A DNA stretch of 63,954 bases, the filler included, from Candidatus Eiseniibacteriota bacterium (lineage in GTDB: Bacteria > Orphanbacterota > Orphanbacteria > Orphanbacterales > Orphanbacteraceae), in the NCBI GenBank assembly GCA_043809585.1. It is 5 parts of 5 records of this genome, joined end to end, with 100 filler letters (N's around TTAATTAATTAA, not from the genome) between each part and the next. Parts side by side here need not be neighbours in the genome. Positions count along the whole stretch, not along the records: positions 1 to 18,492 come from JBDROZ010000038.1; positions 18,593 to 37,994 come from JBDROZ010000045.1; 3 more parts are not named here. One strand, written 5' to 3'. The notes under the pieces are model-generated. The model did not search any database and was not told where the DNA came from. It saw only the letters and a program-made list of their open reading frames with translations. Of this stretch, positions 10,210 through 19,878 are shown in pieces. A program made the translations under genes and the position numbers. Each line of letters opens with the position of its first letter. The stretch's first letter is position 1.

Positions 10210-11568
10210 TCAAAGTACCACGCACTCCCGGCGCTCCGCAAGAAGGCGGCGCCAGCACCGTTTCATGTCACCCACGAGATAAAGGGAGCCCGTGACGAGG
10301 AGGGGCCTCCCGTTTTGGCGGTCGAGTGCCGCGCGGAGCGCCTCCTCGCCATCGGGGATCACGCGGATCGGGATCCGCCCGTCCTGCCGCCGCGCGATCG
10401 GGAGAAGCTCCGCCGCGGGCCGCCGCCGGGGGTGCTCCGACTCGGTCAGGATCACCTCGGCGACGATCGGAAGGAGCCGGCGGAAGATCATGTGGAACTC
10501 CTTCCCCTTCGACCCGCCGAAGAGAAGAACGCATCGCCGTCCCGGGAAGAGATCGCCCATGAGCCGGGCGAGGACCGTCGCGGAATCGGCGTTGTGGGCG
10601 CCGTCGACGAGAACGGGCGGGTCCTTCGCGAGGAACTCCCCCCGGCCGGGCCACCGGGCCTTTCCAAGGGCCGCCGCGGAGGCGCGCTCGGACCGGGCCA
10701 CCCCGAGGAGAGGGAGCGCCGCGAGGGCCACGGCGGCGTTCGTCGCTTGATGCCCGCCGAGAAGCCCGAGAGAGAGGTTTCGGTAGACCTCCCTCCCGTC
10801 GTCGAAGGTGAACCGGGTCCCGCCTTCCGACACCTCGTGGACCTCGTGGCGGAAGTCCCGCCCGTGAAGCGTCACGGGGGCCGTGATCTTCTCCGCCCGC
10901 TCCAGCAGGCACTCCCGAACCCTCGGCGTCTGAGGGCCGAAAAGGGCAGGCCGCCCGGCGCGGAGCACGCCCGCCTTCTCCGACGCGATGTGAAGGATCG
11001 AGGGACCGAGGGCGCGGAGGTGGTCCCGGCTGACGGTGGTGATGACCGAGAGCACGGGGTCGGCCACGTTCGTCGCGTCGAGCCGGCCGCCGAGGCCGAC
11101 CTCGAGAACCGCGAGGTCCACCTTCCGGTCCCGGAAATGGAGGAATGCCGCAGCCGTCAGCGTCTCGAAGTAGGTTCGCGAGCGGCCGAGCTCGCCGAAA
11201 TAGGGGAGCCCTTCCTCGAGCCGCTCGATGACGCCGGCGAACTCCTCCCGCCCGATCGGCCGCCCGTCGATCCGGATCCGCTCTTTGATGTCCATGAGAT
11301 GGGGGGAAGTGAAGAGGCCGACCCGCATGCCGTGGGCCCGGAGAAGGCGGGCCAGGAGGAAGGAGGTCGAGCCCTTTCCCTTCGTGCCGGCGACGATGAC
11401 CGTCGGATACGCGTGCTGAGGATCGCCGAGGGGCCCGAGGGATGCGCGAAAGAGGTCGAGGCGGATCGTCTCCTGAGTGAACGTCAGGCCCCGCTCTCTC
11501 TCCCAATCCACGAGGCGCGCGAGGAACCGCAGGGCCCGGCGATAACGGGCGTCCACCCTCCCTACCAC
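10210..11568 (-). CDS. folC: Folylpolyglutamate/dihydrofolate synthase
   Basis: AGTKGKGST, TSPHL, EVGLGGRLDATN, DGAHN, TGSLY. Confidence 0.95.
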   Translation of the reverse strand: MVGRVDARYRRALRFLARLVDWERERGLTFTQETIRLDLFRASLGPLGDPQHAYPTVIVAGTKGKGSTSFLLARLLRAHGMRVGLFTSPHLMDIKERIRIDGRPIGREEFAGVIERLEEGLPYFGELGRSRTYFETLTAAAFLHFRDRKVDLAVLEVGLGGRLDATNVADPVLSVITTVSRDHLRALGPSILHIASEKAGVLRAGRPALFGPQTPRVRECLLERAEKITAPVTLHGRDFRHEVHEVSEGGTRFTFDDGREVYRNLSLGLLGGHQATNAAVALAALPLLGVARSERASAAALGKARWPGRGEFLAKDPPVLVDGAHNADSATVLARLMGDLFPGRRCVLLFGGSKGKEFHMIFRRLLPIVAEVILTESEHPRRRPAAELLPIARRQDGRIPIRVIPDGEEALRAALDRQNGRPLLVTGSLYLVGDMKRCWRRLLAERRECVVL

Positions 11569-12257
11569 TTCTCCCCTTCCAGTTCGAACACTTCCGTGTC
11601 CGGCGGGGGCCGGAACACGAAGAGGTCGCCGGGCAGGTCCGGGTTCTTCCGAAAGCCGCGAAAGTCGAAGATCGTCCGGTCGCCGCTCTTCTCACGGAAT
11701 TCGGTCCGCACCGGAAGCGCCGTGTCCCGGCGGATCATGACCACGATCTCCTCCACGTCGCCGGCAAGGTCCGTCCCCTCCTTCGGGCGGAGCCGGATGA
11801 CGTCGGTCGGATATCCGTCCGCCCTCTCCTCTCCTTCGGCGCCGGAGACCTCGAAGTCGTCGTACAGCCCATCGAGGGTCCCCTGGAGACCGAGGAAAAG
11901 GCCGGGAAGCGTCGACTCGGGGTCGATGTCGTACCGGTGGGCCTGACGGAGGCTCGGATAGTAGAGCCAGACATAGCCGTTCGCGACGAGCACGAGGTTC
12001 GAGTCCGGCTCGGTGTACTGGAGCCGGAGATTGTCGGGATCCCGGAAGAAGAGAACCCCCCGAGAGGTGATGGTCTCCTCGAAGAGGGGCGCCCGCTTGG
12101 TGTGGATGAACTCCCCCTGCAGCTCGGACACGCCCTCGCGGGCGGCCCGCATGGTCGCCAGAATCGCCTCCGGGTCCTTCTCCACGGCTACCGCGGGCGG
12201 GACGACGAGGGCCGAGGCGATCGCCGCCGCGGCGAGCCATCGATGGACGGCGTACAC
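11562..12257 (-). CDS. lolA: LolA-like lipoprotein carrier
   Basis: Signal peptide; G.LFFRDP..LRLQY..P, NG..W.Y.P, F.F.PP pattern; GTG start with RBS. Confidence 0.75.
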   Translation of the reverse strand: MYAVHRWLAAAAIASALVVPPAVAVEKDPEAILATMRAAREGVSELQGEFIHTKRAPLFEETITSRGVLFFRDPDNLRLQYTEPDSNLVLVANGYVWLYYPSLRQAHRYDIDPESTLPGLFLGLQGTLDGLYDDFEVSGAEGEERADGYPTDVIRLRPKEGTDLAGDVEEIVVMIRRDTALPVRTEFREKSGDRTIFDFRGFRKNPDLPGDLFVFRPPPDTEVFELEGEKW

Positions 12258-12319
12258 GGGTCTTTCGCTCCCTTCGGAATCGTTCTGGGTTCGGTTCCGG
12301 CGCGGAGGGGGAAATCGCT

Positions 12320-12886
12320 CTAGCGGTTTCGGCGCGCCAAGGCCCGGTCGATCTGGACGAGGGCCTCTTCGGCGAAGAACCGGACCAGCTCGTCCGAGTC
12401 TCCCTTCGCCTTCTCCAACGATTCCCGGGCCCGGGAATCGCCGATCAGGCCGAGGGCGTAGGCCGACGACTGGCGCACCCGGGGGTCCGACTCCCCGAGC
12501 GCCTGCAGGAGAGGATCCACCGCCTCCATCGTCTCCCTCCGGCCGAGGGCCTCGGCGGCGGCGCAACGCACGTCGATGTCCCCGTCGGAACGAAACAGCC
12601 CGAGGAGAGGTTCGGTCACCCGCGGATCGTCGAAGAACCCGAGCGTGAAGGCCAGGTAGTGGCGCACCGCCGGATCCGGGTCCTCCAGGGCTCCGAGGAG
12701 GGGGCCGACCGCGGGGTCGCCGACCACCCGGAGCTTGATGAACATCCGGTTCCGCATCGGGTCGTTCTCTTCCCGCACGGAAACGATCATCGTCCCGAGA
12801 TACCGGACCGCCTCCTCCTCCTTCGTCTCCGCAAGGGCGGACGAGGCGACGACCGTGAGAAGAAGCGCGAGAAGAAGACGATTCAT
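12320..12886 (-). CDS. Secreted HEAT-repeat protein
   Basis: Signal peptide; repeated L.D.D..VR..AA.ALG units. Confidence 0.85.
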   Translation of the reverse strand: MNRLLLALLLTVVASSALAETKEEEAVRYLGTMIVSVREENDPMRNRMFIKLRVVGDPAVGPLLGALEDPDPAVRHYLAFTLGFFDDPRVTEPLLGLFRSDGDIDVRCAAAEALGRRETMEAVDPLLQALGESDPRVRQSSAYALGLIGDSRARESLEKAKGDSDELVRFFAEEALVQIDRALARRNR

Positions 12887-12963
12887 GGCCGCTCTTTCCG
12901 CTTGCCTCCGGGACGGCCCCGGAAGCGGACCGAATGGGAATGGGCCGCACCGGCGACCGGACG

Positions 12964-13167
12964 CTACAGATTCGCGATCAGCCGCTTGATCTTTCTTTCG
13001 TCCCCCGGAGACAGGATGACGGACTTCCGCAGCTTGCGCTTTCTCTTCGGGGATTTCCCCGAGAGAAGATGGCTCGCGTAGGCGTGATGTCTCGAGAGCT
13101 TTCCCGATCCGGTCTTCTTGAAGCGCTTCGCGGCGGCCCGGTTGGTTTTGATCTTGATCTTGGGCAT
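12964..13167 (-). CDS. rpmI: 50S ribosomal protein L35
   Basis: [22 protein letters not shown]...HLL..K..KRKR.LR. Confidence 0.96.
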   Translation of the reverse strand: MPKIKIKTNRAAAKRFKKTGSGKLSRHHAYASHLLSGKSPKRKRKLRKSVILSPGDERKIKRLIANL

Positions 13168-13178
13168 GCTCTTACCTC

Positions 13179-13370
13179 TTACGACTTCTCTTTCAGCTTT
13201 TCACAGCAGGTCTTGGCTTCGCTCGGTGTTTGGTGGGTCATGCCGCAGATGACACACTTGTGCTTGCCGCCGATGCGGCCCTCCTTTTCCGCCTTTCGGA
13301 GCAAGATGTCAAACGTGCTGTTGGGGCTCGCTTTGATGAGGAAAGACGAACTCTCGCGATTCCTTCGCAC
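13179..13370 (-). CDS. Small basic putative Zn-binding protein (63 aa)
   Basis: AAGGAGG RBS before GTG; CVICG...H...CC motif; co-oriented between rpsU and rpmI. Confidence 0.7.
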   Translation of the reverse strand: MRRNRESSSFLIKASPNSTFDILLRKAEKEGRIGGKHKCVICGMTHQTPSEAKTCCEKLKEKS

Positions 13371-13450
13371 TCGCGGTCCTCCTTTTTTCAAGCGGTCTTG
13401 CCAGCGTGTTTGATTCGCTCATTCGTTCGGGTGCTGCGGCCGCGTCCCTC

Positions 13451-13648
13451 CTAGCGGCCGGCTTTGGCGGCCTCGGAGCGGCGCCTCTTCTCGGCCTTCA
13501 ACGCCTTCTTCCGGCGTCGTTCACTCGGCTTCAGGAAGCGAGCCTTCTTCCGGATATCCTGGACGATTCCGTCCTTTTCGCACTTCTTCTTGAAGCGCCG
13601 GATCGCCTTCTCGATGGGCTCGCCGTCTTTCACCTTCACGCGCGACAT
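13451..13648 (-). CDS. rpsU: 30S ribosomal protein S21
   Basis: V.VKDGE.IEKAIRRFKKK.EK.GI..DIR...F.KPSE.RR. Confidence 0.95.
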   Translation of the reverse strand: MSRVKVKDGEPIEKAIRRFKKKCEKDGIVQDIRKKARFLKPSERRRKKALKAEKRRRSEAAKAGR

Positions 13649-13752
13649 AAAGGGATCACAACCTTTCCTCGTGTTGGGCAGCAGTGCTGCCGGTCGGTTT
13701 GCTATCCGGGGTCTCGACGCATTTACCTGCAGACTACCCGAAGTTAGTGGCA

Positions 13753-13780
13753 AACTTACCATAGACTTCCGCGGTGTCAA
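13753..13780 (-). promoter_or_regulatory. Putative sigma70 promoter for rpsU operon
   Basis: TTGACA-16nt-TAAGTT with TG before -10. Confidence 0.45.
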
Positions 13781-13891
13781 GCCCAAAAACCGGTGGGGAG
13801 GCAGAACCGGACGCACGGCACGGGGATTTCGTCTTGACAACATCTTACGGAAAAAGCAGATGGCCGCGGCATGCCATAGTGGCGGGTTTTC

Positions 13892-13921
13892 TTGACCGAC
13901 CGGAATCCCGTGTGCTATAAA
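13892..13921 (+). promoter_or_regulatory. Putative sigma70 promoter
   Basis: TTGACC-18nt-TATAAA with extended -10 TG. Confidence 0.5.
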
Positions 13922-13938
13922 CCGATCGGGGGATTCCC

Positions 13939-15435
13939 ATGTCGAAGAGCGTGTTCATCGTCGGAAAGCTGCCCGGACGGAACCGGGATCTCCCGGACCT
14001 CCTCCGCGCGGAAGGGTACGACGTCACCGTGGTGGGGGGCGGCGAGGAGACCCTCCGTCTCCTCAAGGGGGAGCGCTGCTGCGAGCTGGCCGTCGTCGGC
14101 GAGCCGGACGACATCTCCCCGCGAGCCCTCCTCAGCGGCCTCGGCCGGCGGCACCCGGGAGTGCGGGGCATCCTCCTTCAGGAGACGCCGAGCGGCTCCT
14201 CTCTCCTCAAGGAAGATTCTCTCGATCTGTCAGGAAAGACTTCCGGGTCCGTGGCGGAGGCGATCCGGGGAATCCTCGCGACCCGGGAAGAGGAAGTAGG
14301 CCCGGTCCGCCTCCTCGGCCGGAGTCCGGCCATCGAGCGGATCCGGCAGACCGTGGATCAGGTGGCCCCCACCTCCATGACCGTTCTCATCACGGGGGAG
14401 AGCGGCACGGGCAAGGACGTGGTCGCCCGCCTGATTCACCAGAGTAGCCGTCGAAGGGAACGCCCCTACGTCGCCGTGAACTGCGCGGCCCTCCCCGAAG
14501 GGGTACTCGAGAGCGAGCTCTTCGGACACGAAAAGGGGGCGTTCACGGGAGCGACGTCCCGGCGGGAAGGGCGATTCGAACTCGCCCACCGGGGCACCCT
14601 GTTCCTGGACGAGATCGGTGACATTCCGGTCCAGACCCAGGCCAAGCTTCTTCGCGTGTTGGAGGAGAAGAAGTTCTTTCGCGTGGGGGGAGTGAAGGAC
14701 GTGGAGGCGGATGTGCGGCTCCTGGCCGCGACGAACGCCGACCTCGAGGGGGCGGTGCGGGACGGGCGTTTCCGGGAAGACCTCTTCTACCGGCTGAACG
14801 TCATCCAGATCCACATCCCCCCCCTCCGGGACCGGAGAGAGGACATTCCCGATTTGGTGCGCACGTTCGTCGCCGGATCGAGCGCCGACCACGGAACCGA
14901 GAGGATCCGCTTCACCCCGGAGGCCCTCGATTATCTCGCCTCCTTCCACTGGCCGGGGAACGTGCGGCAACTCCGCAACCTGATCGAGAAGATCGCGATC
15001 CTGGAGAGCGGCGGGGAAATCGGCCTGGACGGCGTCACCCGTTTCCTCGGCGAGGGCTTCTCCCGCTCCCGCAACCTTCCGGTGCCTGCCCGGGGGGGTT
15101 CGGACCGGGCGGAACGGGAACTGATCTACCAGAACCTTCTCGCCATCCGCTCCGACCTCGCGGAGCTCAAGGAAATGTTCCGCGGGACCGCCACCTTCAC
15201 TTCTCCCGCTTACTCCGGTCGTCGTCCGGCCCGCTTCGATCCGGAGGCGGAGGTGTTGGTGCCGGAAGAACCGTCCCCGGAAGCGGGAGAAGGCCGGACC
15301 GCGGCCGATTTCGAGCGAGAGGCGATCCGCCGGGCCCTCGAGGAGTCCGGAGGAAACCGGCGCCGGGCCGCGGAGATACTCGAGATCGGCGAACGGACCC
15401 TCTACCGCAAACTGAAGAAATACGGCCTCGACTAG
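13939..15435 (+). CDS. Sigma54-dependent AAA+ activator (NtrC/Fis-like) with degenerate receiver
   Basis: GESGTGKD, ESELFGHEKGAFTGA, FLDEIG, WPGNVR, C-terminal Fis HTH. Confidence 0.93.
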   Translation: MSKSVFIVGKLPGRNRDLPDLLRAEGYDVTVVGGGEETLRLLKGERCCELAVVGEPDDISPRALLSGLGRRHPGVRGILLQETPSGSSLLKEDSLDLSGKTSGSVAEAIRGILATREEEVGPVRLLGRSPAIERIRQTVDQVAPTSMTVLITGESGTGKDVVARLIHQSSRRRERPYVAVNCAALPEGVLESELFGHEKGAFTGATSRREGRFELAHRGTLFLDEIGDIPVQTQAKLLRVLEEKKFFRVGGVKDVEADVRLLAATNADLEGAVRDGRFREDLFYRLNVIQIHIPPLRDRREDIPDLVRTFVAGSSADHGTERIRFTPEALDYLASFHWPGNVRQLRNLIEKIAILESGGEIGLDGVTRFLGEGFSRSRNLPVPARGGSDRAERELIYQNLLAIRSDLAELKEMFRGTATFTSPAYSGRRPARFDPEAEVLVPEEPSPEAGEGRTAADFEREAIRRALEESGGNRRRAAEILEIGERTLYRKLKKYGLD

Positions 15436-15686
15436 CCTTGATTCTTCAAGAAACTCACCCGTCCTCTGCCAACTCGGGGAGCCAGGGGGTTAGCCTTGAT
15501 CCGGCAAAAAATCGCGAGTGAAAACTCGCGAGAGTGCGTCAGATGCTGCAGCGCGGAGCATTCACCAAGCGGAGCATATCCAACGATATGTGAGCATTGG
15601 TGAATGCGAGCACTGCGGCAGATGGCGTGCTATCGCGCGAGCGTCACCGATTTGCACCGGGATTTTTTGCCGGATTAAGGCTAAGG
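15436..15686. mobile_element. Composite MITE insertion; inner 187-bp MITE family A at 15494-15680
   Basis: Inner TIRs CCTTGATCCGGCAAAAAATC / GATTTTTTGCCGGATTAAGG; whole block flanked by CTAG; homolog at 45201-45387. Confidence 0.8.
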
Positions 15687-18125
15687 CTAGAGGAGATCGT
15701 AGGCGTCCACGTCGACGATGATGTCGGCGCGGGGGCCTCCGGGGCGGGCGCGGAAGGCCTCGACATGCTCGCCGAGGACGAGCCGGAGCGACCGCCATCG
15801 CTCGCTCCGTCCTTTCAGGATCAGCTTCCAGCGGACCAGGTCCCGGATCTTGGCGATCGGCGCCGGCGCGGGGCCGAGGATCTCCCGCACGAGGGGGGCC
15901 ACCCGCTTGTCCTCGTTCAATCGCAGGCGAAACCGGGTCGCCGCCCCCCGCACGTTCCCCGCCTTCTTCCCCCGGAAGGTGATCGACACGATGCGGGAGA
16001 AGGGGGGATAGCCCAGTTCCTTCCGGTCCCGGAGCTCCCGCTCGACGAACATCTCGTAATCGTGATTCGCGGCCGCCTTCAGGCTGTAGTGATCGGGGTG
16101 GAATGTCTGCACCACCACCTCTCCTTCCCGGTCCCCCCGGCCCGCCCGGCCCGAGACCTGGAGGAGAAGCTGGAGCGTCTTCTCCGCCGCCCGGAAGTCG
16201 GGGAGGTGGAGCGCCGTGTCCGCGTTCACCACGCCGACGACGGAGACGCCGGGAAAGTGGTGCCCCTTCGCGATCATCTGGGTGCCGAGAAGAATGTCCA
16301 CTTTACCCTCGGCGAAGTCCCGGAGGATCTTCCGCGCGGCGTCCCGCCGGCGCGTCGTGTCCAGGTCCATGCGCGCCACCCGGGCCGAGGGAAAGGCGCC
16401 CCGGAGGTCCTCCTCCACCCGCTGGGTCCCCACGCCCCTGTGGGTAATCCGGTGACCGCCGCACTCGGGACAGTCGTCGGGAGGCCGCCGTTCGGTCCCG
16501 CAGTAGTGGCAGCGGAGGACGGGCCGGCCGGAGTGATAGGTGAAGGTCACCTCGCAGTGGGAGCAGCGGGGCACGTGGCCGCAGTCGGGGCAATGCAGAT
16601 AGGGGGCGAATCCCCGGCGGTTCAGGAAGATCATCGCCTGCTCCCCCCGTTCCAGGGTCCGGGCGATCCGTTCGACGAGAAGGGGCGAGAGGACGCCGAT
16701 CCTCTCCTTCGGCGGGACCGTGTGGAGGTCGAGCATTTCGATGCGCGGCAACGGGCGGTTCCCGATCCGCCGGGGGAGGAGGGCGAGCCGGTACTTGCCG
16801 TTCTTCGCGTTCCAGTAGGATTCGACGCTCGGCGTGGCGCTCCCGAGGAGGACCGGGACCTTCTCGAGCCGCCCCCGGACCACGGCGCCGTCCCGGGCGT
16901 GATAGCGGGGGGACTCCCCCTGCTTGTAGCTCCCGTCGTGCTCCTCGTCGACCACGACGAGGCCGAGGTTTCCGAGGGGGGCGAAGAGGGCGGACCGGAC
17001 CCCGACCACGACCGGAAACGTGCCCCGGTGGATTTCCCGCCACGTGTCGTGCCTTTCTCCCGCCGAGAGCCCGCTGTGGAGGACCACCGCCTCCTCTCCG
17101 AAACGGGCGCGGAAGCGGGCGACCGTCTGCGGCGTCAGGGCGATCTCCGGGACGAGAACGAGCACCGATTTGCCGAGCTCCCGCGCCGCCAGGGCCGCCC
17201 GCAGGTACACTTCGGTCTTCCCCGAGCCGGTGACTCCGTGGATCAGGTGCGTTTCGAAACGGCCTTCCCGGATGCACTCGACCACGGGGGCGAGGGCGCT
17301 CTCTTGCGCGTCCGTGAGGGGCGGGTCGGGATCGGACGACTCGGGGAAGGCGCTGCTGTCGATGCGCGTGATCTCCTCCTCCACGCGCCGGACGAGCCCC
17401 CGCTTTTCGAGGGCCTCCACGGCGCTCCCGAAACGGCCGAGGGAGGCGCGCCTCATCCGCCCCTTGTGGCGGAGAAGGAGGAGCAGCTCGATCTGACGGA
17501 CCGCGTTCTTCCGAAGAGTCTCCTCCACGCCGTCCCGCCGCCCCTCCGGGAGGATCTCCAGCCAGGTCTCCGAAACGTCCCGGGCCTCCTCCCGCTCGAG
17601 GATGGAGCGGACCTCCACGAGCCCCGCGGCGGCGAGCCGCTTCAAGGCCCCCTCCACCTTCGCCGGCGGGGCGCCGAGGCGGCGGGCGAGGAGGGTCACC
17701 GGAAGGGAGCGGCCGAGGGCGACGTGACGGAGCGCCTCGGCGTCGAAGCCCTCCGCCGGAGGGCCGCCTTCCGTGCCGGTGGCGAAGACGTGCCGCCGGC
17801 TCCGCTTCGCCCGCCCGATCGGGAGGGCGGCGCGCAGCGTCTCCCCCCACGAGGAGAGGTAGTACTCGGAGATCCACTTCGTGAGCTCGAGAATGGCGGG
17901 ACCCGCCACCGGTTCCTCATCGAGAATCTCGAGGATCTCTTTCGCCTCCACGGGGGGAGGCAGGGGGGTGACGGCGACGATCACGCCGGTCAGCTTTCGG
18001 CGGCCGAAGGGGACCAGGGCCCGGCGGCCCACGAGTCTCCGGTTCGGCGAACCTCCCGGCAGAAGGTAGGTGAATTCCCGCCTCGCGGGGACGGGGACGG
18101 CGACGACGACGTACACGGGTGGCAA
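15687..18125 (-). CDS. priA: Primosomal protein N'
   Basis: GVTGSGKTEVY, DEEHD, LNRRG, paired CxxC zinc motifs, GTQMIAKG, QVSGRAGR. Confidence 0.97.
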   Translation of the reverse strand: MPPVYVVVAVPVPARREFTYLLPGGSPNRRLVGRRALVPFGRRKLTGVIVAVTPLPPPVEAKEILEILDEEPVAGPAILELTKWISEYYLSSWGETLRAALPIGRAKRSRRHVFATGTEGGPPAEGFDAEALRHVALGRSLPVTLLARRLGAPPAKVEGALKRLAAAGLVEVRSILEREEARDVSETWLEILPEGRRDGVEETLRKNAVRQIELLLLLRHKGRMRRASLGRFGSAVEALEKRGLVRRVEEEITRIDSSAFPESSDPDPPLTDAQESALAPVVECIREGRFETHLIHGVTGSGKTEVYLRAALAARELGKSVLVLVPEIALTPQTVARFRARFGEEAVVLHSGLSAGERHDTWREIHRGTFPVVVGVRSALFAPLGNLGLVVVDEEHDGSYKQGESPRYHARDGAVVRGRLEKVPVLLGSATPSVESYWNAKNGKYRLALLPRRIGNRPLPRIEMLDLHTVPPKERIGVLSPLLVERIARTLERGEQAMIFLNRRGFAPYLHCPDCGHVPRCSHCEVTFTYHSGRPVLRCHYCGTERRPPDDCPECGGHRITHRGVGTQRVEEDLRGAFPSARVARMDLDTTRRRDAARKILRDFAEGKVDILLGTQMIAKGHHFPGVSVVGVVNADTALHLPDFRAAEKTLQLLLQVSGRAGRGDREGEVVVQTFHPDHYSLKAAANHDYEMFVERELRDRKELGYPPFSRIVSITFRGKKAGNVRGAATRFRLRLNEDKRVAPLVREILGPAPAPIAKIRDLVRWKLILKGRSERWRSLRLVLGEHVEAFRARPGGPRADIIVDVDAYDLL

Positions 18126-18177
18126 CGATCTCTCCGAAGGCGGGTGAGGGTGGGGCGGCCCCGCCGGCGACCGCGCG

Positions 18178-18186
18178 CATTATAGC
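18178..18186 (-). promoter_or_regulatory. Extended -10 element upstream of priA
   Basis: TGCTATAAT on minus strand ~55 nt before start. Confidence 0.5.
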
Positions 18187-18357
18187 AGCGGACCGGCGAG
18201 GCGCCAAGACCCGGCGTTCGGAGCCCGTCGCACTTTGGAATCATCGGGGGACTGGTTCCGCCCGAGCCCTTCGATACGGGGAGAGTGAAGGTCGTAGTTC
18301 CGCTCGTCACGCTATTCAGGTCAACGGAAGGAACGGAACTACGTCCCCGGGCCCTAG

Positions 18358-18492
18358 CCTGGATTATGCACAAATCTCCTACTGCGATCTCGGATCGCCG
18401 CCTGCGAAGCCTCCTTTCCGTCGCCGCCTCCTCGACGTAGTGCATGACTACGCCTCCGGTGGCGGCTCGTCCAAGTCGGCTTCTCGTCAGGC
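18358..18492. mobile_element. MITE family B, truncated by contig end
   Basis: First ~78 bp identical to 27811 onward; preceded by CTAG. Confidence 0.8.
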
Positions 18493-18592
18493 NNNNNNNN
18501 NNNNNNNNNNNNNNNNNNNNNNNNNNNNNNNNNNNNTTAATTAATTAANNNNNNNNNNNNNNNNNNNNNNNNNNNNNNNNNNNNNNNNNNNN

Positions 18593-18684
18593 GAGGCCGG
18601 CGCGCTGCGGAACTCGCCGCTCAGCCCTGATCCCCTGGCTCCCCAAGTCGGCCCGAGACGTGTGAGTCTCTTGTAGAATCTAGG
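18593..18684 (+). mobile_element. End of an IS1380-like element at contig start
   Basis: Ends GTAGAATCTAGG, the reverse complement of the ISEcp1-type terminus CCTAGATTCTAC as recalled; abuts tgt stop. Confidence 0.55.
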
Positions 18685-19857
<1,173 letters not shown>

Positions 19858-19878
19858 CTAACATAACCGACGAAGACG

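Noticed and set aside
18291-18350. CGTAGTTCCG...CGGAACTACG hairpin upstream of priA as a riboswitch
   Set aside because: It lies upstream of the likely -10 and resembles the GGGGAC-type REP palindromes; no aptamer motif recognised
18493-18592. N-flanked TTAATTAATTAA repeated four times (also 37995, 52073, 61386)
   Set aside because: Artificial contig linker with stops in all frames; adjacency across it is uninformative
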